DNA from: Candidatus Eiseniibacteriota bacterium
GTDB lineage: Bacteria; Eisenbacteria; RBG-16-71-46
NCBI GenBank assembly: GCA_031370785.1
Contig: JANMQY010000074.1
Location: forward strand, 1-47,780
Direction: 5' to 3'
DNA: 47,780 nucleotides
The notes beneath the pieces were generated by a model, which saw only the letters and a program-made list of their open reading frames with translations, did no database searches and was not told the DNA's origin. Shown one piece after another: positions 18,745 through 27,946 of this stretch. A program made the position numbers and the translations under genes. Position 1 is the first letter of the stretch; each line of letters opens with the position of its first letter.

Positions 18745-19689
18745 ATGCTCGCCCACCAGATGCGGTTCGCGATCCTTCCGGTGCTCATCGCCACGGCGTT
18801 GCTGAGTGGCGTGAATGCGCGGGCCGACGTTGCGCCGTCGGCGAATGTCGGAGCGCCGGAGATGCGCATTGAGACCGCGCTCGGGATGATGGAAATCCCG
18901 GACGCCGAGACGAGCGTGCTGGCGACACCCGCGCCCTGGCTCGCTCCCCGCGCGACCGGCGTTGCGCCCATGGATTCGCGGCTCGCCTCCGCCGGGTCGC
19001 TCATCGAGCCACCGCTTCTCGCCGCGCGCAGCACGCGCCTCAAGAGCCATCGCGGACCCTCGATGCCTCCGGTACTCAACGCCGAGCGTGCGCGGGCCCT
19101 GCTGCGCTCGCTCACCGTTCCGGGCTGGGGACAGGCGACGCTGGGTCATCGGCGCTCCGCCACCGTCTTCGCGATCGCCGACCTCTCGATCTGGACGTCG
19201 TTCACCGCGTTTCGGGTGCAGCAGCGGCTGCGCACCGACGCTTCGCTCCGCACCGCGATGCTCGAGGCGGGAATCGATCTGAGCGGACGCGACGAGGACA
19301 TCCGGCGCATCGTCGGCCTCTACGCCAGCAGCGAGGAGTACAACCAGCTGGTGGTCTATCGGGATGCCGCCAACCTGTATTACGACGATCCGGTTGCCTA
19401 CCGCGCGTACATCGAATCGCACCAGCTGCAGGGAAGCAACGCCTGGGCGTGGAGCAACCAAGACAGCTTCCGCCGCTACTCGGGGCAGAGAAAGCAGGCG
19501 CAGCGCGCCGCGCTGCGCAGCAACACCGCGCTGGCGCTGGCGATCGCCAATCGCCTGATCAGCGCGGTCCACGCCGCGCGCGCGGCGAGCCACGCCCCGG
19601 CGAAGGCTCAGTCCTGGAACTTCGAGTGCGTGCCGGTGCCGGGTGGCGACGGCACCGCATTCCACCTCGGAGTGCGCACCCGGTTCTGA
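18745..19689 (+). CDS. Exported hypothetical protein, DUF5683-like (paralog 2)
   Basis: Signal peptide; LRSLTVPGWGQATLG motif; ends FHLGVRTRF; collinear similarity to 17950-18741. Confidence 0.7.
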   Translation: MLAHQMRFAILPVLIATALLSGVNARADVAPSANVGAPEMRIETALGMMEIPDAETSVLATPAPWLAPRATGVAPMDSRLASAGSLIEPPLLAARSTRLKSHRGPSMPPVLNAERARALLRSLTVPGWGQATLGHRRSATVFAIADLSIWTSFTAFRVQQRLRTDASLRTAMLEAGIDLSGRDEDIRRIVGLYASSEEYNQLVVYRDAANLYYDDPVAYRAYIESHQLQGSNAWAWSNQDSFRRYSGQRKQAQRAALRSNTALALAIANRLISAVHAARAASHAPAKAQSWNFECVPVPGGDGTAFHLGVRTRF

Positions 19690-19706
19690 AGCGGGTGCCC
19701 GTGGCA

Positions 19707-20741
19707 ATGCGCGCGCTCCCCCTGCTGGTGCTGGCGCTCAGCCTGCCGGCGGCGGTGCGCCCACAACCCGTCACGGCATCTTCCGCGGCGGACTCGGCCG
19801 CGGTGCTGCCCGCTCCGGCGTCTCCTGATTCCGCGAGAATGCCGGGTGCGAATGCCGGGGCCGCCGACAGCCTGCCGCTGCGTCTGGTTCCGGTCGGCCT
19901 TCCGATCGTCGGACACGAAGCGGGCGCCGAGCTGAGCGAGCCCTCGGGGCTCGCGGTGGACGCGTTCGGGCGGATCTACGTGAGCGACGCCGCGCTTCAC
20001 CGGCTGCAGCGCTACCGGTCGGACGGAGCGTGGCTCGGCGGAGCCGGAACGCTGGGCAGCGATCCCGGGCAGCTGAACCGGCCGGGGTCGGTCGCACGGC
20101 TCGGTGCGCTGCGAGTCGCGGTGCTCGACCGCGGAAACTCAAGGGTCGTGACCTACGATCTGTTCGGCAGGCTCGAAGGGACGCTGATCGATCTCGGCGA
20201 CGAGAAGCTGGTGGACGACGTCGGCCGGATCGATCCGGTCGCGCTCGCCGCCGATCGCGGCGGCGCGGTGGTGGTGCTCGATCAGGATCGCGGCCGCCTG
20301 CTCGCGTTCGACTTCGCGGGGAAGTACCTGCGCACCATCGGCGGATTCGGAGCGCGCCCGGGATCGTTCCGCGGGCTGTGCGGAGTCGCGTTCGCGCCCA
20401 ATGGCGAGCTGGTCACCGCGGAACGCGCGGGCGCCCGCGTGCAGCGCCTCGATGCGGGCGGGAGGGTGGTGAGGAGCTGGCCGCTCGCCGTCGAGCCGGG
20501 ACGAGCGGCGCTCGCAATCGCGGTGGACGATTCGTCCCGGATCGCGATCGCCGACGAAATCTCGGGACGCCTGATCCTGTTCGACTCGAGCGGTCGCCAG
20601 CTCGCCGCATTCGACGGACTGGCCGGGCCGCGCGCGCTGGCGTTCGCCCCGGGAGGCGCGCTGCTGGTGGCCGAAGCGGGGGCAGGGCGAGTGCGCCGCT
20701 TCGCGATCGTCCACCCCACGACCGCCGCCGGCCGGGAGTAA
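19707..20741 (+). CDS. Exported NHL-repeat beta-propeller protein
   Basis: Signal peptide MRALPLLVLALSLPA; NHL repeats LSEPSGLAVDAFGRIYVSD, LNRPGSVA, IDPVALAAD, GVAFAPNGELVTAE, GPRALAFAPGGALLVAE. Confidence 0.8.
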   Translation: MRALPLLVLALSLPAAVRPQPVTASSAADSAAVLPAPASPDSARMPGANAGAADSLPLRLVPVGLPIVGHEAGAELSEPSGLAVDAFGRIYVSDAALHRLQRYRSDGAWLGGAGTLGSDPGQLNRPGSVARLGALRVAVLDRGNSRVVTYDLFGRLEGTLIDLGDEKLVDDVGRIDPVALAADRGGAVVVLDQDRGRLLAFDFAGKYLRTIGGFGARPGSFRGLCGVAFAPNGELVTAERAGARVQRLDAGGRVVRSWPLAVEPGRAALAIAVDDSSRIAIADEISGRLILFDSSGRQLAAFDGLAGPRALAFAPGGALLVAEAGAGRVRRFAIVHPTTAAGRE

Positions 20742-20746
20742 GTCCA

Positions 20747-23700
20747 GTGGGACAGCGGCACGTCGTCCGCCTCGTGCGGGCGGCGCTCGCGCTCACGGCG
20801 TGCGCGGTGTGCGTTCTGTGCCGCGCCGAAGGCGCGCGGGCGGAGGAGCCCGGCTGCGGCGTGATGCCGGTGGTGCTGCGCCCGGGCACGGTTGCCTACC
20901 CGTTGCCGCACACCTTCCTGCGCGCGGGCAGCGACAGCGCGTGGACCAGGGATCGGGTGTGGCGCGCCGGAACCGACTACGCGCTCGACCGGCTGCGCGG
21001 CGAGCTGCGCGTGCTGCGGGTGATCGATCGGATCGACACGCTGTCGGTGCGCGCGTGCTGGCTGCTGCACCCGCCGCCGCTCGAGTTCCAGGTGCAGCGC
21101 TACCGTCCGCTCACCGCGCCCGACAGCGTGCCGGCCGCGCCGCCGCCGTCCCCGGGCGAGCGCCCGGTCACTGCGCGCAGCGCGACGGTCGCGCCTTCCG
21201 GCACCGCGCTCAACCTCACCGGAAACAAGACCATCGCGGTCGACTTCGGTTCCTCGCAGGACGCCTTCCTGCGCCAGTCGCTGGACCTGGCGCTGAGCGG
21301 CACGCTCGCGCCCGGGGTACAGCTGACCGGAGTGCTCAGCGATCGCAACACCCCGCTCTCGGCGAGCGGAAGCACCCAGGACCTGCAGGCGCTGGACCGG
21401 GTCTTGATCGAGCTGACCGCGCCCAACGGGCGCGCGACGCTCGGCGATCTCACGGTGCGTAACGATCAGGGCGAGTTCGGCCGGGTCGAGCGCCGCCTGC
21501 AGGGCGTGAGCGGACTGTGGAGCGCACGCGGGTTTCAGAGCACGGTCGCGGCCGCGAGCGCGGCCGGCGAATACAACCGACTCCAGTTCTTCGGCATCGA
21601 GGGTCAGCAGGGTCCGTACCGCCTGACCGATCGCGACGGCAATCCCGGAGTCTCGGTGGTCGCAGGCAGCGAGGTGGTGACCCTGGACGGCGCGCGCCTC
21701 ACGCGCGGCGAGGGATCGGACTACGCGATCGATTACGAGCGCGCGCAGATCACGTTCACCAACCGCCACCTGATCAGCTCGGCCTCGCGCATCACCGTCG
21801 ACTACCAGTTCGCGCTCAACCGGTTCCGGCGCAACTTCGCGGAAGCCGGCACTCGCTGGGACCGCGGCCCGGGCTACGGATGGGTGCGCATGCTGCACGA
21901 GGGCGACGATCGCGGACGCCCGCTCGATCTGACCTTCGACGCGGTGGACAGGGCCGCGCTGGAAGCGGCCGGCGACAGTGCCGCGCTCGCAATCGGCCCC
22001 GGCGTCACGCCGGGGGTCGGTGACTACGACACGGTGCGGGTGAACCCCTCGACCGTGATCTTCGCGTTCGCCGGGGTCGATTCCGGCTCGTTCGCGGTGC
22101 GCTTCGCGCGCGTCGCAGCCGGCAGCGGGGATTACCAGGACTCAGCCCTGGTGCAGGGGCGCATCACCTATCACTATGTCGGCCCCAACGCCGGAAGCTT
22201 CAGGGTCGGACGGGCGCTGCCGTTGCCCGAATCGCATCAGCTGTGGTCGAGCGGCGCCGGCCTCAAGCTCGGGGCGCTGAGTGCCGAGATGGAAGGCGCG
22301 CTCTCGCGCCGCGACCTCAATACCTTCTCCGCGCTCGACGATCGCGACAACACCGGTGTGGCCGGACGCGCGCGCCTTCGCCTCGAGGGGCATGCGCCGG
22401 GAGTGGGCGGGAGCGGAGCGCTCGAGTTGCGCGCGCGCTCGGTCGCCGATCGGTTCCAGCCGTTTACCCGGCTCGAGCGCCCGTTCGAGCAGGAGGGGTG
22501 GAGCCTGCCGCTCGCGACCGATCTCGAGCACCAGCGCCGCGTGGAGCTGGCCGGGCAATGGCGGCCGTCGTTCGGCGGTGAATTGAATGGCCTGATCGGG
22601 CGGGTGAACACGATCCAGGGTTACCGGGCGCTGCGCCGCAGCGCCGAATGGAGCCGCGATGGGCGGTTCATGACCCGCGCGATGTGGGAGCACGCGGACG
22701 CGCAGAGAGCGGGCAGCGTGGATGGCGAGCGCGATCACTGGCGTACCGAGCTTCGCCTGCGCGGCCGATGGGTCCAGCCCGCGGTGCGCGCAGAGGCGGA
22801 CCGCCGCCTTTTCCCGAGCGACAGCGGAAGAGTGGGCGACCGCTTCCGTTCGGTCGGCTTCGAGCTGGCGAGCGGGAGCGCGGCGCGCTGGCACGCGCTC
22901 GCCTCGCTCGATCAGCGCCGCGACGGACGCGCCGTGCCTGCCGGATTCGAGGATCAGTCGCTGGCGCGGACCGCGAAGCTTGCGATCGAGAGTCCGTCGA
23001 CCGGCGCGCTCGGCGCGGCGTTGCTCGCGCAGCGCCGCGACGTCTCGCCGCTCGCCGATCCGCGGCGCTCGCGCAGCGATCTCGCCAGCCTTCGCCTGCG
23101 CGCCGAGAATGCGACGCGTGGTCTCAAGGGCCAGTACAATCTCGAGGTGACCAGCCAGGGTGAGAATCAGCGCACCCGCGCCCTCGTGTTCGTGGGCTCG
23201 GGCCGGGGAGCGTACGACGCGCTCGGGAACTTCGTTGGCACCGGCGACTACGACCTGGTGGTGACGGTGAGCCAGACGCTCGAGCGACTGGCGCGTGCGG
23301 CGAGCAGCGCGCGGACCTCGTGGGATTTCGGCAGCTCGGATGCGTGGCGCGGCTCGCGGATCGAATACACCTTCGAGACCGAGACGCGCCGGCGTGGCGA
23401 TCTGCGCGCCCGTGATCCGTTCATCTCGCCCGGCGCCGCGCTCGCCGATCCGGCACTGGCGCGCGGCAGCGTGCTGCAGCGGCTCGAGACCGATCTGGCT
23501 CCGGGCTCGCACAGCGCCGCGATCCGTCTGCGGGTCGAGCGCCGGGTGAGCGCGGATCGCGCCTTTGCGAACTTCGCGCAGACCACCGACGATCGCCAGG
23601 CGAGCGCGCGCTGGCGCGCACGCCCGGGTGCGGTGGTGAGCACCGAAGTCGAGGGATCGCTGCGCCGGCAGCAGGCGGTCCAGCAGCTCACGGGTGGCGG

Positions 23701-24103
23701 CACCTATGCGCGCACCCTCGAGGACGTGGGCGGGACCGGCAACCTCATCTATACCCCGGATGCGCGTCTTCGCGCGGTCGGCGCGCTCGAGCTGAGCTGG
23801 AGCCGGCCCGAGGGCGCGGTCGAGCGCACGCGCACCCTGCGGCTCGGTCCCGACTTCGGCGTGGCGCTCGGCGGGCGCGGGCGCGCCGAGGTGACCATCC
23901 GGCGCGCGTTCATCACCGGACCGCCGCCCCAGTCGTTGCTTCCGACCGCGGAGAGGGCGGGAGCCGCGCGCTGGGACGCCTCCTCCCGCCTCGACTACCG
24001 CGTGCGCGAGAGCACCACGCTCGGCGTCTCGATGAACGTGCGCGAGCGCGAAGGGGTCGGCACCAAGTACACCGGCCGCGCCGAACTGAGGGCCTTCTTC
24101 TGA
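20747..24103 (+). CDS. Large (~1,118 aa) predicted outer-membrane beta-barrel protein of unknown function
   Basis: In-frame GTG at 20747 followed by a signal-peptide-like stretch; long runs of alternating hydrophobic/Arg strands; C-terminal YTGRAELRAFF beta-signal; two GxDYxxD modules (GTDYALDRLRGEL, GSDYAIDYERAQI). Confidence 0.7.
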   Translation: MGQRHVVRLVRAALALTACAVCVLCRAEGARAEEPGCGVMPVVLRPGTVAYPLPHTFLRAGSDSAWTRDRVWRAGTDYALDRLRGELRVLRVIDRIDTLSVRACWLLHPPPLEFQVQRYRPLTAPDSVPAAPPPSPGERPVTARSATVAPSGTALNLTGNKTIAVDFGSSQDAFLRQSLDLALSGTLAPGVQLTGVLSDRNTPLSASGSTQDLQALDRVLIELTAPNGRATLGDLTVRNDQGEFGRVERRLQGVSGLWSARGFQSTVAAASAAGEYNRLQFFGIEGQQGPYRLTDRDGNPGVSVVAGSEVVTLDGARLTRGEGSDYAIDYERAQITFTNRHLISSASRITVDYQFALNRFRRNFAEAGTRWDRGPGYGWVRMLHEGDDRGRPLDLTFDAVDRAALEAAGDSAALAIGPGVTPGVGDYDTVRVNPSTVIFAFAGVDSGSFAVRFARVAAGSGDYQDSALVQGRITYHYVGPNAGSFRVGRALPLPESHQLWSSGAGLKLGALSAEMEGALSRRDLNTFSALDDRDNTGVAGRARLRLEGHAPGVGGSGALELRARSVADRFQPFTRLERPFEQEGWSLPLATDLEHQRRVELAGQWRPSFGGELNGLIGRVNTIQGYRALRRSAEWSRDGRFMTRAMWEHADAQRAGSVDGERDHWRTELRLRGRWVQPAVRAEADRRLFPSDSGRVGDRFRSVGFELASGSAARWHALASLDQRRDGRAVPAGFEDQSLARTAKLAIESPSTGALGAALLAQRRDVSPLADPRRSRSDLASLRLRAENATRGLKGQYNLEVTSQGENQRTRALVFVGSGRGAYDALGNFVGTGDYDLVVTVSQTLERLARAASSARTSWDFGSSDAWRGSRIEYTFETETRRRGDLRARDPFISPGAALADPALARGSVLQRLETDLAPGSHSAAIRLRVERRVSADRAFANFAQTTDDRQASARWRARPGAVVSTEVEGSLRRQQAVQQLTGGGTYARTLEDVGGTGNLIYTPDARLRAVGALELSWSRPEGAVERTRTLRLGPDFGVALGGRGRAEVTIRRAFITGPPPQSLLPTAERAGAARWDASSRLDYRVRESTTLGVSMNVREREGVGTKYTGRAELRAFF

Positions 24104-25806
24104 TGCGCGCGCGCACTTGGTTCCTGTCGGTGGGCCTCGCGCTGGCGGCATTGGTGCCGGCGAGCGTGGCCGGTGCGGCCGCCCCTCGGCTCGAATATCA
24201 CGGCGCGGTGCTCTCGCCGCGGATGGTCGAGGCGTTGTGCGCGGAGGCGCTGCGCGCCCCTCGCGACACGCTCGCCCTGGCCGCCGCACTCGAGGGATTG
24301 CGTGGGCGCCTGGAGGATCTCGGCTACCTCGACGCGCGGGTGGCCGCGACCTGGGACACGACATCCACGCCGCGGCTTGCGCTGTCGCTTCATGAGGGCC
24401 CGCGATTCCGGATCGAGTCGCTGACCATCGCCACGCCTTCTCCGGCCGACTCGGCGAGGTTCGCCCGGGCGCTGGTCGTGCCGGCCTGGGCTTCGCCGGC
24501 GGCGCTGGGCGAGGCGGTCACGCGCGCGGTGGAAAACGTCGCCTCGGAGGGATATCCGTACGCGACGCTCGGGGTCGCGGCGTGGGATGCGGACTCCGGG
24601 CGCGTCAGGGTCCGGCTCTCGGGCGCGCTCGGTCCCGCGGTGACGATCACGCGCGCGCGGGTCGAGGGACTGCGCGTCACGCGCGCTTCCGTCGCCGAGC
24701 GCGCCATGGGACGGCTCGCCGGCATGCCCTACCACCGGGCCACGGCCGAGGCGGCGCGCGACCGGCTCGAGCAGCTCGGGCTCTTCCGCAGCGTGACCTT
24801 CGCCGGAATCGAGGGCGAGGGCGACTGGAGCCGCGCGCAGCTGGTGTACCGGGTGGAGGAGCCGCGCTACAACCAGTTCGAAGGCGTGGTCGGAGTGCAG
24901 GGTCAGGCCGGCACGGTTGGCCTCGCGCGCGTCGAGCTCGGAAACCTGCTCGGCACCGGACGGGCGGTGGGCCTGCGCTGGGAGTCGCGCGGCAAGGGCG
25001 TCGTCAACTTCAGCGCGCGCGGCACCGAGCCGCTGGTGCTGGGCACGCCGCTCCGGCTCGAGGCCGCGCTCGAGCAGCAGGTGCAGGACACGCTGTTCAC
25101 GCGCACGCGCTGGGGCGGACGCGCGCTGTTCGCGCTCTCGGGAACCGAGCGCATCGAAGGCGGCTACGAGCAGGAGCGAGTGGTGCAGGAGCGAGGCGAG
25201 GTGGAAAGGGCCGATGTCCAGAACACCGTGTTCGCGCTCGAGCGCAGCACGCTCGACGCTCCGCTCGGGGCGCGCCGGGGAACCCGGGCGCGGATCAGCG
25301 CGACCCAGGCGTTCAAGAGCGAAGTGCTGCGCCCGAACGGACGGCGCACCGCGCGCGCCAGCGCGGTCGAGCTGCACGGCGAGTGGAACCGGCCGTTCAC
25401 GCCGTCGGCGGGTGTGACGCTCGAGATCGCGGCCGCGGGGCGGTTCAGCTCGCAGCGCGTCCTGCCGGTGTTCGAGCGCTATCCGCTCGGCGGCGCGACC
25501 ACGCTGCGCGGTTACGACGAGGAGGCGTTCCGGGTGGATCGCTACGCGCTCGCCCGACTCGAATACCGCTGGTTTCTCGGCGCGCACGGCCAGCGTACCT
25601 TCGTGTTCTGGGATCACGCGATGATGAGCACCCGCGAGGCGCTGCCGCAGGGGGGCGATCACATCGAGCAGTTGCAGCGCGACGGATTCGGCTTCGGACT
25701 GCGGCTCGAGACCGCGGGCGGCCTGGTCGGGGTGGACTACGGGCTCGAGCCGGGACGCCCTCCACTCGAAGGCAAGATTCACCTGCAGATCGTCTCTACC
25801 TTCTAA
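24103..25806 (+). CDS. Omp85 (BamA/TamA-like) family protein with POTRA domains
   Basis: TGATG overlap with the upstream gene; signal peptide; POTRA-like segments (LGYLDARV, EGYPYA, RLEQLGLFRSV); lid motif LGGATTLRGYDEEAF; C-terminal IHLQIVSTF; 567 aa, shorter than canonical BamA. Confidence 0.85.
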   Translation: MRARTWFLSVGLALAALVPASVAGAAAPRLEYHGAVLSPRMVEALCAEALRAPRDTLALAAALEGLRGRLEDLGYLDARVAATWDTTSTPRLALSLHEGPRFRIESLTIATPSPADSARFARALVVPAWASPAALGEAVTRAVENVASEGYPYATLGVAAWDADSGRVRVRLSGALGPAVTITRARVEGLRVTRASVAERAMGRLAGMPYHRATAEAARDRLEQLGLFRSVTFAGIEGEGDWSRAQLVYRVEEPRYNQFEGVVGVQGQAGTVGLARVELGNLLGTGRAVGLRWESRGKGVVNFSARGTEPLVLGTPLRLEAALEQQVQDTLFTRTRWGGRALFALSGTERIEGGYEQERVVQERGEVERADVQNTVFALERSTLDAPLGARRGTRARISATQAFKSEVLRPNGRRTARASAVELHGEWNRPFTPSAGVTLEIAAAGRFSSQRVLPVFERYPLGGATTLRGYDEEAFRVDRYALARLEYRWFLGAHGQRTFVFWDHAMMSTREALPQGGDHIEQLQRDGFGFGLRLETAGGLVGVDYGLEPGRPPLEGKIHLQIVSTF

Positions 25807-25816
25807 CAGGGGCACC

Positions 25817-27946
25817 ATGTCGCTCGCCGACCGAACCGCCGCAGCCTTCGCCCGAGGGGGCGTACTCGCCACGCGCTGGCCCGACTGGGAGCCGCGCCCG
25901 GAGCAGGCGGCGTTTGCGGTCGCGATCGCGCACACCATCGAGCGCGGCGGGGCGCTGCTCGCCGAGGCCCCGACCGGAGTCGGCAAGTCTCTCGCCTACC
26001 TGGCGCCGGCGGTGCTGCATGCGCTCGACGGCGACGCACGGGTCGTGATCGCAACCTGCACCCGGTCGCTTCAGGATCAGCTGTTCGAGCGGGATCTGCC
26101 CGCCTTGCTCCAGACCCTCGGCGCGCCGCGCCTGCGCTGTGCCCGGCTCAAGGGCAAGCAGAACTACCTGTGCCCGCGCGCGCTCGAGATGGAGGAGGGG
26201 GCGGCCGCCGACGAGATCGAGATGATCGATGCGCTGCGGCGCTGGGCCGCGAGCGACGTCGAGGGCGATCTCGATCGGTTCGCGACCGGCGATCCCGAAG
26301 GGCTGCGCCGCATGCGCGCCCGGATCGGCACCGATCCGACGGCGTGTTCCTTGCTCACCTGCCGGCGCGGGCGCGAGTGCTACTGGGTGCGGGCGCGGCG
26401 CGAGGCATCCGAGGCGCAGATTCTGATCGTGAATCACTCGCTGCTCGCACTCTCGGGCGAAACTCAGGGCCTGCTGCCCGAGTTCGACGTGCTGATCGTG
26501 GATGAAGCGCACCGGCTGGAGGGAGTGCTGCTGGCGCAGCTCGAGCGCACGGTATCGCGCCATCGCTTCGAAGAGCTGTTCCGCCTGCTGGTGGGCGCGC
26601 GTGCCGCGACGCGTCGCCCGCGGCCCGCGGGCGGCGCGCGGGCCGGCGGTCTGCTCGCGCGCGTGGGCGCCTACCTCGTGCCGCTGCTCGCGAGGCGCAC
26701 GACCGGCGAGGATCCGGCTTCCTCGATCTCGAGGCTGGAATCGCGCATCGATGAAGCGCGCGAAGACGTGGCTCGCCTGTTCCAGGCGATCGAGCCACCC
26801 GCGCCCGACGAGGGCCTGTACGCCGCGCGTCGCCGCTACCGGTCGAGCGCCGAGCTGTTCGGAGCCGACCTGGAGCCGCTGGAGCGCACGCTGCAGGACT
26901 GCAGCGAGTTCGCGCGCGGACTTCAGCGTCTGGGCGAGGTCGCGGGCGAGGCCGGAACGGGCGCCGCTTCGGCCGAGCTGTCCTCGGAGTGCGAGCAGGT
27001 GTCGGCGCGGTTCTCCGCGCTGGGTTTCGATCTCGAGCGCCTGGCCGACGCCTCGGAGCGCGACTGGGTGTACTGGCGAACGCGCTCCGGAAATGCTGCG
27101 GAGCTGCACGGCGCCCCGATCAGCGCCGGGGACCACGCGCGCCGCTTGGTGCTGGGGCGCGCGCGTGCGTCGGTGCTCACCTCGGCGACGCTTTCGAGCG
27201 CCGGCGACATGGGATTCCTCGCGGGGAGGCTCGGGCTGGGCGAAGCCTGGGGCCTGCCGTACGAAGTGGTGAGCGTGCCCTCGCCCTTCCCGCTCGAGCG
27301 CCAGATGCAGGTGTTCACATGCGACATGCGCGGAGACGAGGCCGAGACCGTGTCCGAGGTGGTCGCGTCGCTGGCCGCTCTGGGCCCACGCAATCAGCTG
27401 GTGCTCTTCACTTCGCACGAGCGGCTCAGGCGCGCGCGCTCGATCCTGCTCGCACGCCTGCCCAAGGGCAGCGCGATGCTCGCTCAGGAGTGGGACGGGC
27501 CCGCGGGACTGCTCAGCGAGCGGTTCCGCGCGCAGCGCGGGGCCATCTTGCTTGGCGTCCAGAGCCTGTGGGAAGGTGTGGACTTTCCGGGTGAAGCGCT
27601 GGAGATCCTCGTAGTGGCCAAGCTTCCGTTCTCGGTTCCCGACGATCCTCAGGTGGAATCGCGGGCCGAGCGACTGCGCGAACAGGGTCTGGACCCGTTT
27701 CGCGACGACGCGCTGCCGGAGGCGGTACTGCGCTTCCGGCAGGGCGTGGGACGGCTGATCCGACGCGCGGACGATCGCGGCGTACTGGTGGTGTGCGATC
27801 CGCGCCTGCGGACCGCGTCGTACCGCCGGGCTTTCCTGGCCGCGCTTCCGGTCGCTCCGCGCGCAGTGCGCGATGGGGCGGGTCTGGCCGAAGCGGTCAT
27901 GCGTTTTTTTGCGAACGAGCACACACGGGTGGAGGAGGACGCTTGA
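25817..27946 (+). CDS. DinG/YoaA-family ATP-dependent Fe-S DNA helicase
   Basis: Q motif EPRPEQ; Walker [10 protein letters not shown]; four Cys ([18 protein letters not shown]); [31 protein letters not shown]. Confidence 0.92.
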   Translation: MSLADRTAAAFARGGVLATRWPDWEPRPEQAAFAVAIAHTIERGGALLAEAPTGVGKSLAYLAPAVLHALDGDARVVIATCTRSLQDQLFERDLPALLQTLGAPRLRCARLKGKQNYLCPRALEMEEGAAADEIEMIDALRRWAASDVEGDLDRFATGDPEGLRRMRARIGTDPTACSLLTCRRGRECYWVRARREASEAQILIVNHSLLALSGETQGLLPEFDVLIVDEAHRLEGVLLAQLERTVSRHRFEELFRLLVGARAATRRPRPAGGARAGGLLARVGAYLVPLLARRTTGEDPASSISRLESRIDEAREDVARLFQAIEPPAPDEGLYAARRRYRSSAELFGADLEPLERTLQDCSEFARGLQRLGEVAGEAGTGAASAELSSECEQVSARFSALGFDLERLADASERDWVYWRTRSGNAAELHGAPISAGDHARRLVLGRARASVLTSATLSSAGDMGFLAGRLGLGEAWGLPYEVVSVPSPFPLERQMQVFTCDMRGDEAETVSEVVASLAALGPRNQLVLFTSHERLRRARSILLARLPKGSAMLAQEWDGPAGLLSERFRAQRGAILLGVQSLWEGVDFPGEALEILVVAKLPFSVPDDPQVESRAERLREQGLDPFRDDALPEAVLRFRQGVGRLIRRADDRGVLVVCDPRLRTASYRRAFLAALPVAPRAVRDGAGLAEAVMRFFANEHTRVEEDA

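Noticed and set aside
25817..27946. CRISPR type IV-associated CasDinG or a defence helicase
   Set aside because: No cas genes or repeat-spacer array in the window; the protein has the ordinary Fe-S DinG/YoaA layout.
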